From IMG/VR virus record IMGVR_UViG_3300044623_000784, positions 32,001 through 96,000 of that record: DNA of 64,000 bases; one strand, 5' to 3'. Under the pieces are notes generated by a model. It saw nothing but the letters and a program-made list of their open reading frames with translations, did no database searches and was not told the DNA's origin. This stretch comes from a virus. Of the stretch, positions 18,236 through 31,100 are shown one piece after another (the stretch's first letter is position 1; the number at the start of each line of letters is the position of its first letter). The position numbers were made by a program, and so were the translations under genes.

Positions 18236-19593
18236 TATAGCACATCCAAACCGAATCTAAATTCAATATAGTTTGTCGTATTCGCTGACTTAATGATTGT
18301 TTTTGCATTTGGAGTTCTCATAACAGAGTATCCTGTTAGCCCATAAACAGAATTTGTTGATGTAACATTCTCAAGTCTAAATCCATCTAGACAAACATAA
18401 AAGTCTGATGTTGGAGTATTGTTTCCATCTTTCATAACAGAAACATAAATTCTGGCAGTATTTATTTCTGCCCAAGAAAAGTCTGCACTTTTCTGTAGTT
18501 CCTGAAGTTGCTTTGATACAACCAGGTATCTGTTTGTTGAAAAGTTATTGTCTGCACTAGTAACGACTGCTTCAAAAAGTGCCCACTTACCAGTTTTAAA
18601 TGTGCCAGTAGAAGAAAACTCAACAATAATTCTAACAGATGTTGGTAGTGTTTGTGCATTGCCAACCTTATTAACTACAGAAAATGCCAGCCTGAGTTCA
18701 TCTGTTGGTGAGTTTTTGCTAAAATCTACCGCTGTTCCACTTAGTTGTACAAACTCTGATCCAGTTGCTGCAACTAGATGGTTATCAGACTCTATAGATA
18801 TTGTAGATGTATTACCTGACATTATAAGAATATTGTTTAGGAATCTACACCTTTCATGTCTGTCTACTCTATTCTCATTGGTAAAAATTTTATTATCTGC
18901 GTTTGTTTGAAACACAGGATATATTTGATTTATAATATTTGTATCAACATCATTAATTAAATATCCAGCAGTTTTAAATGTACCAACAACAGCAGAGTCT
19001 GCTACCAATGTAAAAGTTGTAGGAGATGGTACGGCCACAATTTCTTTATCCGTTAGATTAAAACTGCTTGGAGAAATTCCAGAAACAGAAACTTTGGTGT
19101 TGTTGTTAGGAGAAAAGCCGTGGGGTGCATCTGTTGTGTACGTTACATTTACTCCAGATGCTACTGCTCCTACTATGTTAACAAGTCTGTCATCTAGGGG
19201 GGAGTATATTACTGGAATCTCTTTACCCTGAGAAGAATACTTCCAGGACTCTGAATCAGAAAAGGCATAGATACTTTTACTATCAAATGCTCCTGCTGCT
19301 GGATTTGATGCTGCAGAAAATATACCTACCTCAGTAATTTCATATCTTTCTTGTGTTGGAAGTTCTGCCGTTAGCACAACCTTTGAGACTCCTGACTCGT
19401 CAACAAAACCTCTTGAAATAATAGGAACACGGAACATCTCAAAGTCAAGTGACTTCTTATCAGAAAAGTCTGGAAGAGTTCCATCCTGAGTCAATGGCTT
19501 TGGTCCACACCCAACAGCGATATGAGAAGCATAGGATGGTGTTTGGCCAACAAGGTACTTGGCTAAAATATTTTTACCTGTATTTGTTATCAT
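18235..19593 (-). CDS. Putative minor tail/baseplate protein
   Basis: MITNTGKNIL..IAVGCG..ITEVGIFS N-terminus typical of tail-tip/baseplate proteins; position after the tape measure. Confidence 0.6.
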   Translation of the reverse strand: MITNTGKNILAKYLVGQTPSYASHIAVGCGPKPLTQDGTLPDFSDKKSLDFEMFRVPIISRGFVDESGVSKVVLTAELPTQERYEITEVGIFSAASNPAAGAFDSKSIYAFSDSESWKYSSQGKEIPVIYSPLDDRLVNIVGAVASGVNVTYTTDAPHGFSPNNNTKVSVSGISPSSFNLTDKEIVAVPSPTTFTLVADSAVVGTFKTAGYLINDVDTNIINQIYPVFQTNADNKIFTNENRVDRHERCRFLNNILIMSGNTSTISIESDNHLVAATGSEFVQLSGTAVDFSKNSPTDELRLAFSVVNKVGNAQTLPTSVRIIVEFSSTGTFKTGKWALFEAVVTSADNNFSTNRYLVVSKQLQELQKSADFSWAEINTARIYVSVMKDGNNTPTSDFYVCLDGFRLENVTSTNSVYGLTGYSVMRTPNAKTIIKSANTTNYIEFRFGLDVL

Positions 19594-20232
19594 TTAATTT
19601 CCTCCATTGTATATTGTAGCATCATAAATCTCTCCACTTGTTAGCAACTGAACCTCTGCTTGTACTCCATCTTTTAGGTTAACAAGGTTTATTACCAGGT
19701 CCCCCGTTATTGGGTCTATGTATATAGATTTGCAATTTGGTACCTTTGTCCACTTAGTCTTATCTGGCTCAAGTGGGTTTTCAATTATGTCATATCCATT
19801 TCCACATACTGGCAGGTGATCCATTATTGCAATAGATAAAGACTTAAAGTATGAATCAGACTGCTGCAGCCTTAAAATATTATTTGGGTTGTACTGTAAA
19901 TAAAGATCTGTTAAATTTTTAATAGGTGCATAGACTACTTTTTGACCATTGACTAGGTCATGTCTGGATATTGTTGCAAGTTCTTGACCACCAATATCTT
20001 CAAATATTAGGTCTGTCATTATTTCAATAGACATAACCTCTGAATCTCTTATTATTAAGTCAGGGGTTGCAATTTTTATGGCTTTCACAGTTGACTTTAA
20101 TGAAGCACTTTGAGATGCTGCGTTGTCTACCAATGGTAGTGAAGCCGTAGCATTTGGTATTGGTAATGATGCTGTAGTATTTGGAGATACAGTTTCTCCG
20201 CCACCATCATGCATGGGACCTAGATATCTCAT
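19594..20232 (-). CDS. Putative minor tail protein
   Basis: 212-aa ORF with TGATG coupling inside the tail block. Confidence 0.55.
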   Translation of the reverse strand: MRYLGPMHDGGGETVSPNTTASLPIPNATASLPLVDNAASQSASLKSTVKAIKIATPDLIIRDSEVMSIEIMTDLIFEDIGGQELATISRHDLVNGQKVVYAPIKNLTDLYLQYNPNNILRLQQSDSYFKSLSIAIMDHLPVCGNGYDIIENPLEPDKTKWTKVPNCKSIYIDPITGDLVINLVNLKDGVQAEVQLLTSGEIYDATIYNGGN

Positions 20233-23200
20233 CAGACTACCTCACTCAAAAACAATGTCATATCTGGTCCATCTACACTCTTAGAATAATCAATGTTATA
20301 GATTACAAACCTACTTGATGAAGGAGATGCCATAGATACTCCGTTTTCTTCGTAGTCAAGGGTCACGATGTCTCCCAGTTGTAAGGTTGGTATTGCAAAC
20401 ACCTTAACACCAACAGACCTTCTTGGCTTTGCTATTTTTTCAATAAGCCATTTCATTAAACTATTTGCCTCATCATAAGATTGAATGTATGGAGTATCTA
20501 ATGAAAAATCTTTTTTACCATATGTCATTCTGCTTAACTTTATATCTTGATAGTCTTGTTTAAACTTATATGGGTTTGACAATAAAGTCTCTGCAACAAA
20601 CTGAGGGTTTGAGGTTAGTGTGTTTTTATTAAAATATTCATCAACCGTTAATCTGTTGTCGGACTGTTGTGTAAAAGTTACACCTTGAACTCTTAAATAG
20701 TTGCCAGTTGTTTCGTCTAAACTAATTGCTGTATCTGTTGCATTAAAAATCATAAACTCTGCTCCATACGAGCCTGCTCTAAAACCAGAAACGACATAGC
20801 CTTTTAGTTTATTAAATGTTGGAGAAATCTTTGCAGTTAAGGCTGGAAAGGCTTTGTCGTACTTAAAATTAAATGTTGCTGCTTCTCTCATTATGCTACC
20901 AAACTCTTCAAAGTATATGTTATACTTTGGGGCTTCTGAGTTTCCTATGCCTGCTAAGTATGTGTTTTGAATTAGTCCGCTGATAGAGTATTTTCTAAAA
21001 GATTCGTTAGCATTTATATCTGAGTCGCCAAACACAGAGTTGACTGGAGCGCCCAAAGAAAATGTTGTGTTCTGAGAATAGTTGTTGCATAGGGCATAAA
21101 CATTTTCAAACATGATCCTAGAAGAACCTCGTGTGAACAATGCAACATCTGAGTAGGCTGGAAGAGGATCTGTATCGTCTACTGTCTTAACTAGTTGGCC
21201 ATTTAGGTATAGATAGAATCTTCTTGTGCTACCTATGTCTTCGTATTCGGCTGCTAGATCATATACCGTTGAATTTTCTTCAGAAACAATTCTTGCCTGC
21301 CCAGTAAATTTTCCGTCATCTACAGTAATTTCTCCAAGACCTTGCCAAAGAGAGACTGGAACTGCTACGCCATTGTTAGATTTTATCTTATAAAAGAAAA
21401 CATTGCTAACACTTTGTCTTTCTTCATCTGACAAATTTCCAACACCTAGCGCTGCAATCTCAAAATAATAACCAACATTTGTTGTTGGGTTAAGCATAAA
21501 TGCAAGACCTCCAGAGCCACCAGATATATTTATATTTTTATCTGGAGTGCTACCATTAACAACGTAGTATGTTGAGGATCCATTAGATGTCTGACCTCTA
21601 TCTTCGTTGTTTTCAATCTTTCCAACAATTCTCATTCTTGTTCCAAAATGTTTGTACTTTTTGTCTTTTAAATTTTTATGCACATAAGATATAAAATCTC
21701 TTGGATTTTCTTTAGTTGTAAAGTTTGGTCCAGTAAGGGACAAAGCAGAAGATTGCAGAGTTCCAGTCTGTTGCTTTGTTGCCGTTGCAATCTCTCCAAT
21801 AAAAGATGTTGACATAAAGTTTTTAATGATTCCACTTCTTGAAGATGTTCTTGCAATCGCATCTGAAGAGTATCCTTCTCTAGTTGCCTTGCCAGCAGCC
21901 TTTAGAAGGTCTATCTCTTGTTGTGTCGCCCCTGGTGGTATTGTTATTTCAATATCTACTGATTCTACATCTTGATCAAATAAAAATTCTGAAAGCATTG
22001 AGCAACCCTTAACATTGTCATCTGATTTCCAGTAATCAGATATTCCAGCAGAGTGTGCTACAACTTCAGTCCCAAATTGACCACGGCCATGTTTTTGAAC
22101 AACTCCATTCTGTAGTTTAACTACACCATCTTTTTCAAAATACTTTGGCTCAGAGTATATTCTAACCAGTCCTGTTGGATATATCTTTCCGTTAAATGGC
22201 AGTTTTGCAAAATAGTTTTGATAATCTTCGGTTGATGTTATCCAAACATTACCAAACCCAGAAACATTATATTGAACAGCATCATATTTAATGATTTCTC
22301 CTTGAGAGTAGAAGTATCCGCTATACCTAGTGATCCAGTAGGCCGCCTCTCCAAGGCTAAATGTGTTATTAATAACAATGTTATTTTTTACTTCTGGTAC
22401 AGAAGCAGTTAGATCTGAGTTAAGAGGAATGGCACTGAGGACATAGGCAGACTGAGTTGCTACTTCGTTATTTATTGACTTAGTATTCTGTGTGCCAGAC
22501 ACTTCCCATAACAGTGCTGGCTTGTACGTATAGTATCTTTCATCATCTACAAGGCTTGCCTGTCTTAGTGATCCTATAGATCTCTGGATATATCTTGTAC
22601 TATAGTTAATTGCGCCATCATTGTATACCGCACTATCCTGGGTTGATACAGAAATAACATTTGCTAGTTTTGGCTTATTTGTTTTATTTCTTATTTCTCT
22701 ATCTTCTACAAAATCTTTTGTGCCCTTAAGATCAAAGGTTGTTGGCCTTTCTTCTATCGTTGGCATAATATAGTTTTTACTCATCATTACAAAATTATTA
22801 TATTCATCAAAGAACATTGCTGTCTGAGTTGAAACTGCCAAATCTTGAAGAACCTCTGCAACGCTAGTATCTGGTCCAACAAAGAAATATGGAATTATAA
22901 TTTCCTTTTCGTTTGCAACTCTTTTAAATGTATAGTTAGAAAAGCCTACATGGTCTAGAAGTAGAGATACTGCAGAACTTACAGAAACCTCTGTCATCAA
23001 TATCTCTGGAGCCCTGATTGATTCTAGGTACCAGTACAAATCCCTCAAGGTTATAGATACATGCTTTGACATTAGGTCTTGTTTTGGAAAGGCATCAGAA
23101 TATAATGCTTTAATTGGAACATAATAGTCCCACCCATTAACATCAACAATGACTTCATAGAATTTAAACTGAACATGTCTTGAAATATATTTAGCAATAA

Positions 23201-24563
23201 TACTATTTTTGTTATTAGTATTAAATGCCTGATCGTGATCAAAAAGAGTTATGCTTCCGTTAGATGCTATTAGTTGGCCAACTGGCAAACCAGAGAGGCC
23301 CAGATCGGAGGCACTCTTGTTGATAGAGTAGTCAATTGTTTTATCAGAAACATTCATAACAAGTCTTGGAGAAATCTCAATAAGGTCAAAAGTAGAATCT
23401 TTTACGTTCATTGTTTCTACTATAATTCTTATTCCGTTTATATACTCAAACTCTCTAAACTGCTCTTTCTTATCGATTGCCTTAATAAAAACATCTGGGG
23501 AGGTTGCGTCTGTTACAAAGTTTGTTAGCCTGTCTACTGTTTCATCTTGTATATACCAGCCATACTTTGGTGTTATTACTGTATATTGCGTACCGTCCCA
23601 AATATGGTAGGCACCTACTTCATCCTTATTTGGTTTAATTAGATAGGCATACCCAATTACAGATTGCTCTGGAAGCAGAGAAACACTTGTATATGTTTCT
23701 GCAAAAACAAAGTTTGCTCTCCACTCTTCTGGAACAATTAGGCCATAAGCAATTTCGACATACCCATCACTTTTAATAATAGAAGAGCCATCTCTTCTTG
23801 TGATTGATGGATCAAAAGAAACAACTGTTTCCCAACTGGTGTCTCTTAAGAACTGAATCTTCCACTTGCTTGGTGTCTTTTGATTTAACTCTCCGTAAAA
23901 AGGATCTGCATAGGCTCCTGTTGCTGATGAAAATGGGCCAAGGTTTTCGGTACCCGTATGGGTTTGCATTTTTACTACAACCCTATTTGTTGGAACTCTT
24001 TCTTTATATACAACAAATGGACAAGCATCCTCTATAGAGTTCTGAGAGTTACGAACCTTAGATGCAATTCCATACTCTTCTCCAGACTCTGTTCTATAGG
24101 ATGTCCAGTACTTAAACTTATCATTTTTATCTGGCATGTAGTATCTTGGTCTATCTGCCATAACTAGGTTTGGGTGATGCAGTTTACCTTTTTCAAAGAA
24201 CACTGCTTTATTTATTCCAGACCTAGGCCTAAACTGACCAAAGCAATCTTCTAAAGAGTAAAGCGTTTGTAATTTTTCTTTCTTGGTTAAAAATGTTGTC
24301 GGTATATCGTTATTATCAAATTCTCCATCTACAATAATATCTGCATCGGTTGCTCCTGTATAAAAGTTTCCAGCATCATTAACATCAAAACTGTTAGGCA
24401 GTGAAGAGTATATGGAACCAGACTGCGTTGGTCTATATCTATAGTTTCCTATATGTTTAATGTTTGTTGGAATATTCATATTCCATTCAGCAGTTATTAT
24501 TGACTTATTTCTTATTGTTGAGGATGTTTCTAAGAAATTTTGTAAGTCTTTGTCCTCAAACAT
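20232..24563 (-). CDS. Large minor tail (hub/central fibre-like) protein
   Basis: About 1440 aa; second gene after the tape measure; C-terminal PTLQLGDIVTL typical of tail hub proteins; start MFEDKD at 24563 (TAATG overlap). Confidence 0.65.
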   Translation of the reverse strand: MFEDKDLQNFLETSSTIRNKSIITAEWNMNIPTNIKHIGNYRYRPTQSGSIYSSLPNSFDVNDAGNFYTGATDADIIVDGEFDNNDIPTTFLTKKEKLQTLYSLEDCFGQFRPRSGINKAVFFEKGKLHHPNLVMADRPRYYMPDKNDKFKYWTSYRTESGEEYGIASKVRNSQNSIEDACPFVVYKERVPTNRVVVKMQTHTGTENLGPFSSATGAYADPFYGELNQKTPSKWKIQFLRDTSWETVVSFDPSITRRDGSSIIKSDGYVEIAYGLIVPEEWRANFVFAETYTSVSLLPEQSVIGYAYLIKPNKDEVGAYHIWDGTQYTVITPKYGWYIQDETVDRLTNFVTDATSPDVFIKAIDKKEQFREFEYINGIRIIVETMNVKDSTFDLIEISPRLVMNVSDKTIDYSINKSASDLGLSGLPVGQLIASNGSITLFDHDQAFNTNNKNSIIAKYISRHVQFKFYEVIVDVNGWDYYVPIKALYSDAFPKQDLMSKHVSITLRDLYWYLESIRAPEILMTEVSVSSAVSLLLDHVGFSNYTFKRVANEKEIIIPYFFVGPDTSVAEVLQDLAVSTQTAMFFDEYNNFVMMSKNYIMPTIEERPTTFDLKGTKDFVEDREIRNKTNKPKLANVISVSTQDSAVYNDGAINYSTRYIQRSIGSLRQASLVDDERYYTYKPALLWEVSGTQNTKSINNEVATQSAYVLSAIPLNSDLTASVPEVKNNIVINNTFSLGEAAYWITRYSGYFYSQGEIIKYDAVQYNVSGFGNVWITSTEDYQNYFAKLPFNGKIYPTGLVRIYSEPKYFEKDGVVKLQNGVVQKHGRGQFGTEVVAHSAGISDYWKSDDNVKGCSMLSEFLFDQDVESVDIEITIPPGATQQEIDLLKAAGKATREGYSSDAIARTSSRSGIIKNFMSTSFIGEIATATKQQTGTLQSSALSLTGPNFTTKENPRDFISYVHKNLKDKKYKHFGTRMRIVGKIENNEDRGQTSNGSSTYYVVNGSTPDKNINISGGSGGLAFMLNPTTNVGYYFEIAALGVGNLSDEERQSVSNVFFYKIKSNNGVAVPVSLWQGLGEITVDDGKFTGQARIVSEENSTVYDLAAEYEDIGSTRRFYLYLNGQLVKTVDDTDPLPAYSDVALFTRGSSRIMFENVYALCNNYSQNTTFSLGAPVNSVFGDSDINANESFRKYSISGLIQNTYLAGIGNSEAPKYNIYFEEFGSIMREAATFNFKYDKAFPALTAKISPTFNKLKGYVVSGFRAGSYGAEFMIFNATDTAISLDETTGNYLRVQGVTFTQQSDNRLTVDEYFNKNTLTSNPQFVAETLLSNPYKFKQDYQDIKLSRMTYGKKDFSLDTPYIQSYDEANSLMKWLIEKIAKPRRSVGVKVFAIPTLQLGDIVTLDYEENGVSMASPSSSRFVIYNIDYSKSVDGPDMTLFLSEVV

Positions 24564-25192
24564 TATACCTCTTCCAAGGTAACTGAGACATTCCAATAAT
24601 CAAAATTAGCGCCTCTTTTTTCTACAGAGTATGAAAAACTTGATATAAACATTTCTATAAGTTGGTTATACTGCTGTAGGTGATCATAGGGGGCCTCTGT
24701 CCCCTTGAAAATTCCTTTTCTATCATATGCTAAGAATACCCAGAAAGACCCCTTGTGTCCGTCATACCACTCAAGCATATCTGCTCCACCTGCTCCTCCA
24801 TCTGTTGTGTAGGATGTGTGTGGTGACTTTCCAGTTGTTATATTAAAACTTGGAACATTGGAGTGAGACCTAGAAGGTATCATATTCCAACTGGTGCTAA
24901 TTTTCATTTTGTCTGCAGTGTGATATGATCTCATACGACCATTTATCATTCGCTCACGTTTTTCAATACGCTCATCTGAGAAATCAAGCGGAGATCTATT
25001 ATCATCTGTAAGCATTAAGAATTGGTCTATTAGTTCTGGGTCTACCCCGTCTGTTGCTGCCCCTACTTCATATCCTTGAGGAATATACAAACCATTTAAA
25101 AGGGTACCAGAATTTTCAGACCAGAGCATACCGCTAGGCCTATTGTATCTTTTACGGCTCTGCATATAAGTAAACCTTGGATCATCTACCAT
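24563..25192 (-). CDS. Putative distal tail protein
   Basis: Directly follows the tape measure; RMINGRMRSY and terminal YWNVSVTLEEV. Confidence 0.6.
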   Translation of the reverse strand: MVDDPRFTYMQSRKRYNRPSGMLWSENSGTLLNGLYIPQGYEVGAATDGVDPELIDQFLMLTDDNRSPLDFSDERIEKRERMINGRMRSYHTADKMKISTSWNMIPSRSHSNVPSFNITTGKSPHTSYTTDGGAGGADMLEWYDGHKGSFWVFLAYDRKGIFKGTEAPYDHLQQYNQLIEMFISSFSYSVEKRGANFDYWNVSVTLEEV

Positions 25193-28100
25193 TTATTCCA
25201 ATCCCCCTGATTCTTCTATCGTCAACCTGCTTGATTGTTGACATTACTGCCTGTGCAATTTCATTTGGATTAGCATTTGTCTTTGCATTAACAGTTAACG
25301 TATATGTATTATTATACACTGCCCCGCCAGTTGGCTGACCACTATTTATTGCCTTCATTGTATTTACACCATGAGCATCTACAGCATACTTACTCATAAC
25401 AAACTCTCCTGGAGTTAGCATTGCTGGGACCGTATCAGTACCCTTTGCAAAACCGCCAAACGCAAACTTCATTGGATTAATTAGTCCACCCATGGCAGCC
25501 ATCTGCATTCCAAATCCACCGCCACTACCACCGCCCGATCCTCCGCCTGGAATCTTAACAGTTGTTCCAGACCAAATCATACTTCCACCCTTATACTTTG
25601 GATCTGTAGTAAACTTTGGATTAGCATCAAGAAGTTCTTCTAGAGAAATTCCATGCTGACTTGCAATTCCAGAAAGAGTGTCTCCAGGTTTAACAACATA
25701 GGTTGTTGCTGTTTTAGGAATTACGCTATATGATGGAGAATCTGATGCATTGTCTACCGCTGCTGCTGCTGCATCTGCTGCAGCCTTTGCTGCTGCTTCT
25801 GCTGCAGCCTTCTCTGCTGCAGCCTTTGCCTCTGCTGCTGCTTTTTCAGTTGCAGCCTTCTCTGCTGCAGCCTTTGCTGCTGCCTCTGCTGCTGCTCTAG
25901 CCTCTGCTTCAGCCTTGGCCTTTGCTTCTGCTGCCTTTCTGGCTGCCTCTGCTGCTGCTGCTTGCTCTGCTGCTGACTTGCCTTCTGCTGCAGCCTTCTC
26001 TGCTGCAGCCTTTGCTGCTGCCTCTGCTGCAGCCTTATCTGCTGCAGCCTTTGCTGCTGCCTCTGCTGCTGCCTTTGCTGCTGCTTCTGCTGCAGCCTTT
26101 GCTGCTGCCTCTGCTGCAGCCTTTGCTGCTGCTTCTGCTGCTGCTCTATCTGCTGCTGCTGTATTTACTGGCTGTGTTTGTACTCCATACTTCGCTATTA
26201 AATCTTTAGCCTGGAATTTGGTTAAGTCTGTTAGCCCCTGATCAAGAGCCTTCATTGCAGACTCAATACCCTTAACAAAATCTAATGCTCTTATTCTTGC
26301 AATCTCTACATTGCTTTGAATTTGTTCCCAGGCCTCTCTGCTTAAGCCAGCGATCTTGATTCCTGCAATATCTTCCTTTAAGGCAATTTGCTTAAGTCTA
26401 AGAAACTCTTGCTGTGGCTCTATTGCGGCTTCTTCTTTTTCAAATATCTTATCCTGTATTTCTTTAATTTCTTTTTCAAGTTGCTTTCTAGTTTTAAGTT
26501 GACCAAGTTTTGGATCTTTACTTCCCTGCTTGTCAAAACCAGTTGCTGTAGATAGTTCATATTTTCTGGACTGCTCAACTGCATCCTTTTGCTTTGTTAC
26601 TGCATCTGCTGCTTCTTGTGCTCTCATTTCTTGTGCAGCACGGGCTGCTGCTGCAATGTCTCCAGATGTTAGCGCCTCAGCAAGAGTTAACTGTCCCTTT
26701 TGCTGGTTAGCAATATTAGCATTTGCCTTTTCTACTGCATCTAAAGCCTCAATTCTTTTATCATATTTTTCGTTAATTGCTTGCTCTTGATCTTCAATTG
26801 CCTTTAGTGCTGCTTCTTTGTCATCACTAAGATACTGCATTGCTGCAATTTCATTTTGTGCTTTTTCAATTTCTGCATTAGCCTTCTTATTGTCAATATT
26901 CATTTCAAAGTCTATTTGAAGTTTTCTTTCTTCTGCATCAAAAGAATCCATGACATTGCTGAATAAATCATTAAACAAATCTTCATATAACCCGACAGTC
27001 TTTTTTAACTCAGTGATTCTTTCGTTCATAGCAGCCTCTGCCTCTGCTAAAAGTTTTGCTGCATCTTCTGCTGCTTTAATATCGGCTTTATCTTTTGTTT
27101 TTTTGGCTTTGGCTTCAAGTTTTGCAACATTCTTTTTTTGATTAAAAATAGAAACTTCTAATGCTTTTAGTTCATTGTCTGAAGAAATAGCAAAAGCATC
27201 TAGTCCGTTGCCCCCTGCTGCCATTTGTTTTAATCTTTGCTCTTGAAGCCTATCGTTTTTAAGTTGAGAAGTTGCAGTCTTTGTATCTTGAATTGATGCT
27301 GAGGCTTTCTGTGCTACAGTCAATGCGTTATATTTTGTAATTAGTTTGCCTAATGATTTTTCAGTTACGCCATTAGCAATTGCCTGTGCATATGCTTTAT
27401 TAGATACTAGTTCATAAGCGTCTGCAACTGGAACACCTAACTTTGAAAGTTTATCCATAGCCTTGCTTTGATCACTTATGGCCTTGGTTTCTGATTCCAT
27501 GCTTGAGTTCCACTCACCCATAGTTATAGAGTTAAGTGCTTCTTGAATGTTCTTTGCGTCTCTCTTTAGACCAATAATGTTTCCCTTGTTATCAAATTTA
27601 AATAGAGAGTTCTTTCTCTTCTCGTATTCCTTTGGATCCATACCAACGATTAGTTCAATAAAGTCTTGGCTACCGCCCAAACCTCGTAGATCGTTTTCTA
27701 TACCGCTAAATACATCTATAGTCTTCTTACCACCAAACAGGCCATCTAGGGCCTTGCGAGAGGCAGCCCAGCCTTCTGTGACCTTGATCTGGTTCTTTCG
27801 TACATCTCTTAGTTTCTTTACTAGGTCATCTAGTGGTGATGCTTGTACTTTACTTCCCGTACCAGTGCCAGTGCTGTTTCCTGGAATGTTTGTATCTACC
27901 TGCTTATTGTCTACAACAGCCTTAAACCCTTGTTGCTCGGTGTAGTGTGCAATCATCATTGCTTCTGGCAAACCCTTATATTGACCACCACCATATCTTT
28001 TTCCAGCAATTACTTCATCTTGTTTGAGCCAGTCTTGGTAGTCTTTTGTCGCAACAATTTGAGGAGCAGGGACATTTATAAGTGATGCAACAGTATAGGT

Positions 28101-31100
28101 ATAAGTTTTTTTCTGATCGTCCGTTAGTGTGTCAAAATATTTTTCATCAAATGCGTCTGTTTTGTCAGTTTTAAGTTCTGGAATAAGGTCATAAACAAAT
28201 GGAACATCTATATTCTTTTTTGTTTCAATTTGATCAAACATTGAATTTAATTTTTCATATGCGGCTTTGCTTTCTGGGCTTTCATTCGTGTAGTAACTAA
28301 CAAGAACGTCTGATGGAATAACAGTATTAAGGTTGTTTAACTTGATCATGTTCTTTGCAAAGTCTAAGGCATCTGAATCTTTTTCAAATGCTTGAACTCT
28401 TGTAACAAATTCTGTTTGAACTGTAGTGTTAACATCTCCCTTTGCATCAAGAATATTTTCTGCTGCGACTCCAATTGTTTCCGCAGTTGCTCCCGAAAAC
28501 TTTGTAATAATTTCCATTATTTTTGGAGCAATTGCAGTGTTATCGGTTGCTAAGAATAAAAGATTTTTAAGGACAGATGGTGGAAGGTCTCCACTTGCCA
28601 TCTTTGCTTGAATTAAAAACTCCTGGCCTTTAGTAATTAGTCCAGACGATACAAGATCGGCTGCTTGCTGATCTACTACTGGGGTGTAAGCAAGTTGGTT
28701 TGGATCATTTTTATACCTTGCTGCTGTAGCCTTTTTCATTCCGTTCATCATTGATTCTTGAAGTCCACCAGCAGAATCATACTGTGCAACAATGTCTCCC
28801 TGCAACTTTCCTTGTGCGTCGGTCAGTTTGTCTCTTTCGTTTATATACTTTGTTTGCAGCGCTTCTGCTTCATTGATTTTACCTTGTGTCCTAAGAAGTT
28901 CTATTTTCTTTTGATACTGAAGATCAAATGAGTCTAGAAGTTCTTTGTTTTGTTCCATTGCAATTTTTGCGTCTACTGCATACGCTGCTCCTAGTGCTCC
29001 TGCTCGTTTTGCAAACTTCTTTGATGCTAGGAATCCAAGAACTGCACCTGCTGCTGTTCCAATTCCAGCACCAATTACTGCTCCAATTGGCCCTCCTATC
29101 ATACCTCCGATGCCAGCACCTGCTGCTGCGCCTCCTAATGCTGATGCGCCTATTCCCGCTATTTGAACATTTTTTCTTCCAGCAAGTTTTGTAATAGGGT
29201 CTGTGTTTTTAATATTTTTAATACTATTGTCTAGATTTTTTTTATTTTCATTAATCATATTAATTCTAATATTTAGAGGATCATTAACAAGATTTTCTCC
29301 ATTTGGACCAAGAAGACTTTCTAGTTGAGCAATGACCTTTATACCAATAGACATATCTCCTGCTTGTCTAGCAGCATTCATTGCAAGGCTTTTTGCTTGT
29401 GACATATCTATAGCACCAGACATTAAGGATGCAGACAGTTGTCCAGTTAAATCTTTGGCTGCTTCATTACCCTTACCTGCAGCGCTTTGTTTTGCAAGTC
29501 TTCCTGTTAATGCTTTACCTTCTTCTGTTTGAACAAATGCTTCTCCATATGAAGTCTTTCCAGTTGCAGGGCCAAGCATTGAGAAAGAGTTCTTTCTTTT
29601 TAAATCCATCTGCTCTGATGCCGTTACTTTACCACTAAATTCCGCTATGGCCTGAATTGCAGATGAAGACCCCTTAAACTTTTCACCCTCTTGTAGTACT
29701 TGATCTGCTGCTTTATCAAATGCCATTCTTAAAGCAACAAATGATCCAACTGCTACCATTAATCCAGCAATAACTGCTGAGGTAGGACTCTTTAGCATTG
29801 GAAGAATCATGGATAATCCCATCAAAGGCATCATAACCTTTTGTGATATTTCTCCAACTTTTCCAGGAGCCATGGAGCCAATCATGGCTGCTCCAGATGC
29901 AACGCCAAGTGCGCCACCCATGCTTATGCGTGATTGCTTGCCTGCTGCTAGATTTGCTGCTCTTTTGTCTTGCCTATTTTGAACAAATGCTTTTATTCTT
30001 CCAGAAGGTGTTCTTCTTTTTGCTTCTGCTGCTGCTCTTTCAGAAATTACTTGCTGCTGGTATGCTACCTTTTCTGCTAGCCTGCTTCTTTTTTCTGCTA
30101 ATTCTGCTTGTTTTCTTTTACCTCTCATCACTGGATCGATTAAACCAGTTGTTCCGTACATAGAGGTTTTGTTTGCATTAATTCTTGCCTGTGTTTTTGC
30201 CCTTACCCTTTCTTGTTTTTCTAATTGACGACGAACAGACTTTGCTTCGGCATCAATTGGACCAGTTCCATATAGCAAAGTTCTTGATGCTGCTGCTGCA
30301 GATTGAGAAATATTTGTTCCAATGTTGGCACCAACTGCTTTTGCCTCTGCAATAGACCCTCTTGCCCCATCTATCAATGCCGTAGATGATGTTACTCTTG
30401 CTTCGGGAGCATTTGCCTTTCCAGGCATTACAAATCTTCCTACCTTTTTAGGAATTCCTTGAACAATACTTTTTCCTTCAGGCTCTTGCGTCATCAACTT
30501 ATCTTTTTTGCCTGCAGATGATTTTACATTAGCGGGAAGTTTTTCTGTCTTTGGCTTTGTTATCTTTCCAGTTTTATCATCTTGTAGAACTTCATCTGGC
30601 TTAATTGCAATAGATGTATGAAGTTTATGAATTGATTTCCAGTCTACCTTTTCCTTTAATCTATCAAGCATTGATGTATAGAGTGGTCTTTCTGCATCAC
30701 TTAACTGTAACTTTGGAATTAATTTTTCAAGGTTTGCAATAGACTTTTTAACTTCTTTTTTCATCGCTGATTCAAATTGTTCTGCTGACATACTTTTTGC
30801 AATGTCTGCAGTTTGATTTCCAAACCAGAATGGAGATCGTGCTGCTGCATCTCCCTTAACTCCACTTAGATTAGTTTTTGTCATCTCTTCAAGAGATGGC
30901 ATCTTCTCTGCATAGTCTCTTGCGCCAGATGCTTTTGAAAATACTCCAGCAGGACCAACATCTGTTAAAACATTTCCTCCTAGGTTGCCCCTCTTTAAGT
31001 CTTTATCTCCACGAAGTCCTGCTGCAAGCAACTGCTTTATATATTGCTTCTTACTAAACTTTTTTGGAATTGTCTCTGGATCAAACTTAGGATTAAATTC

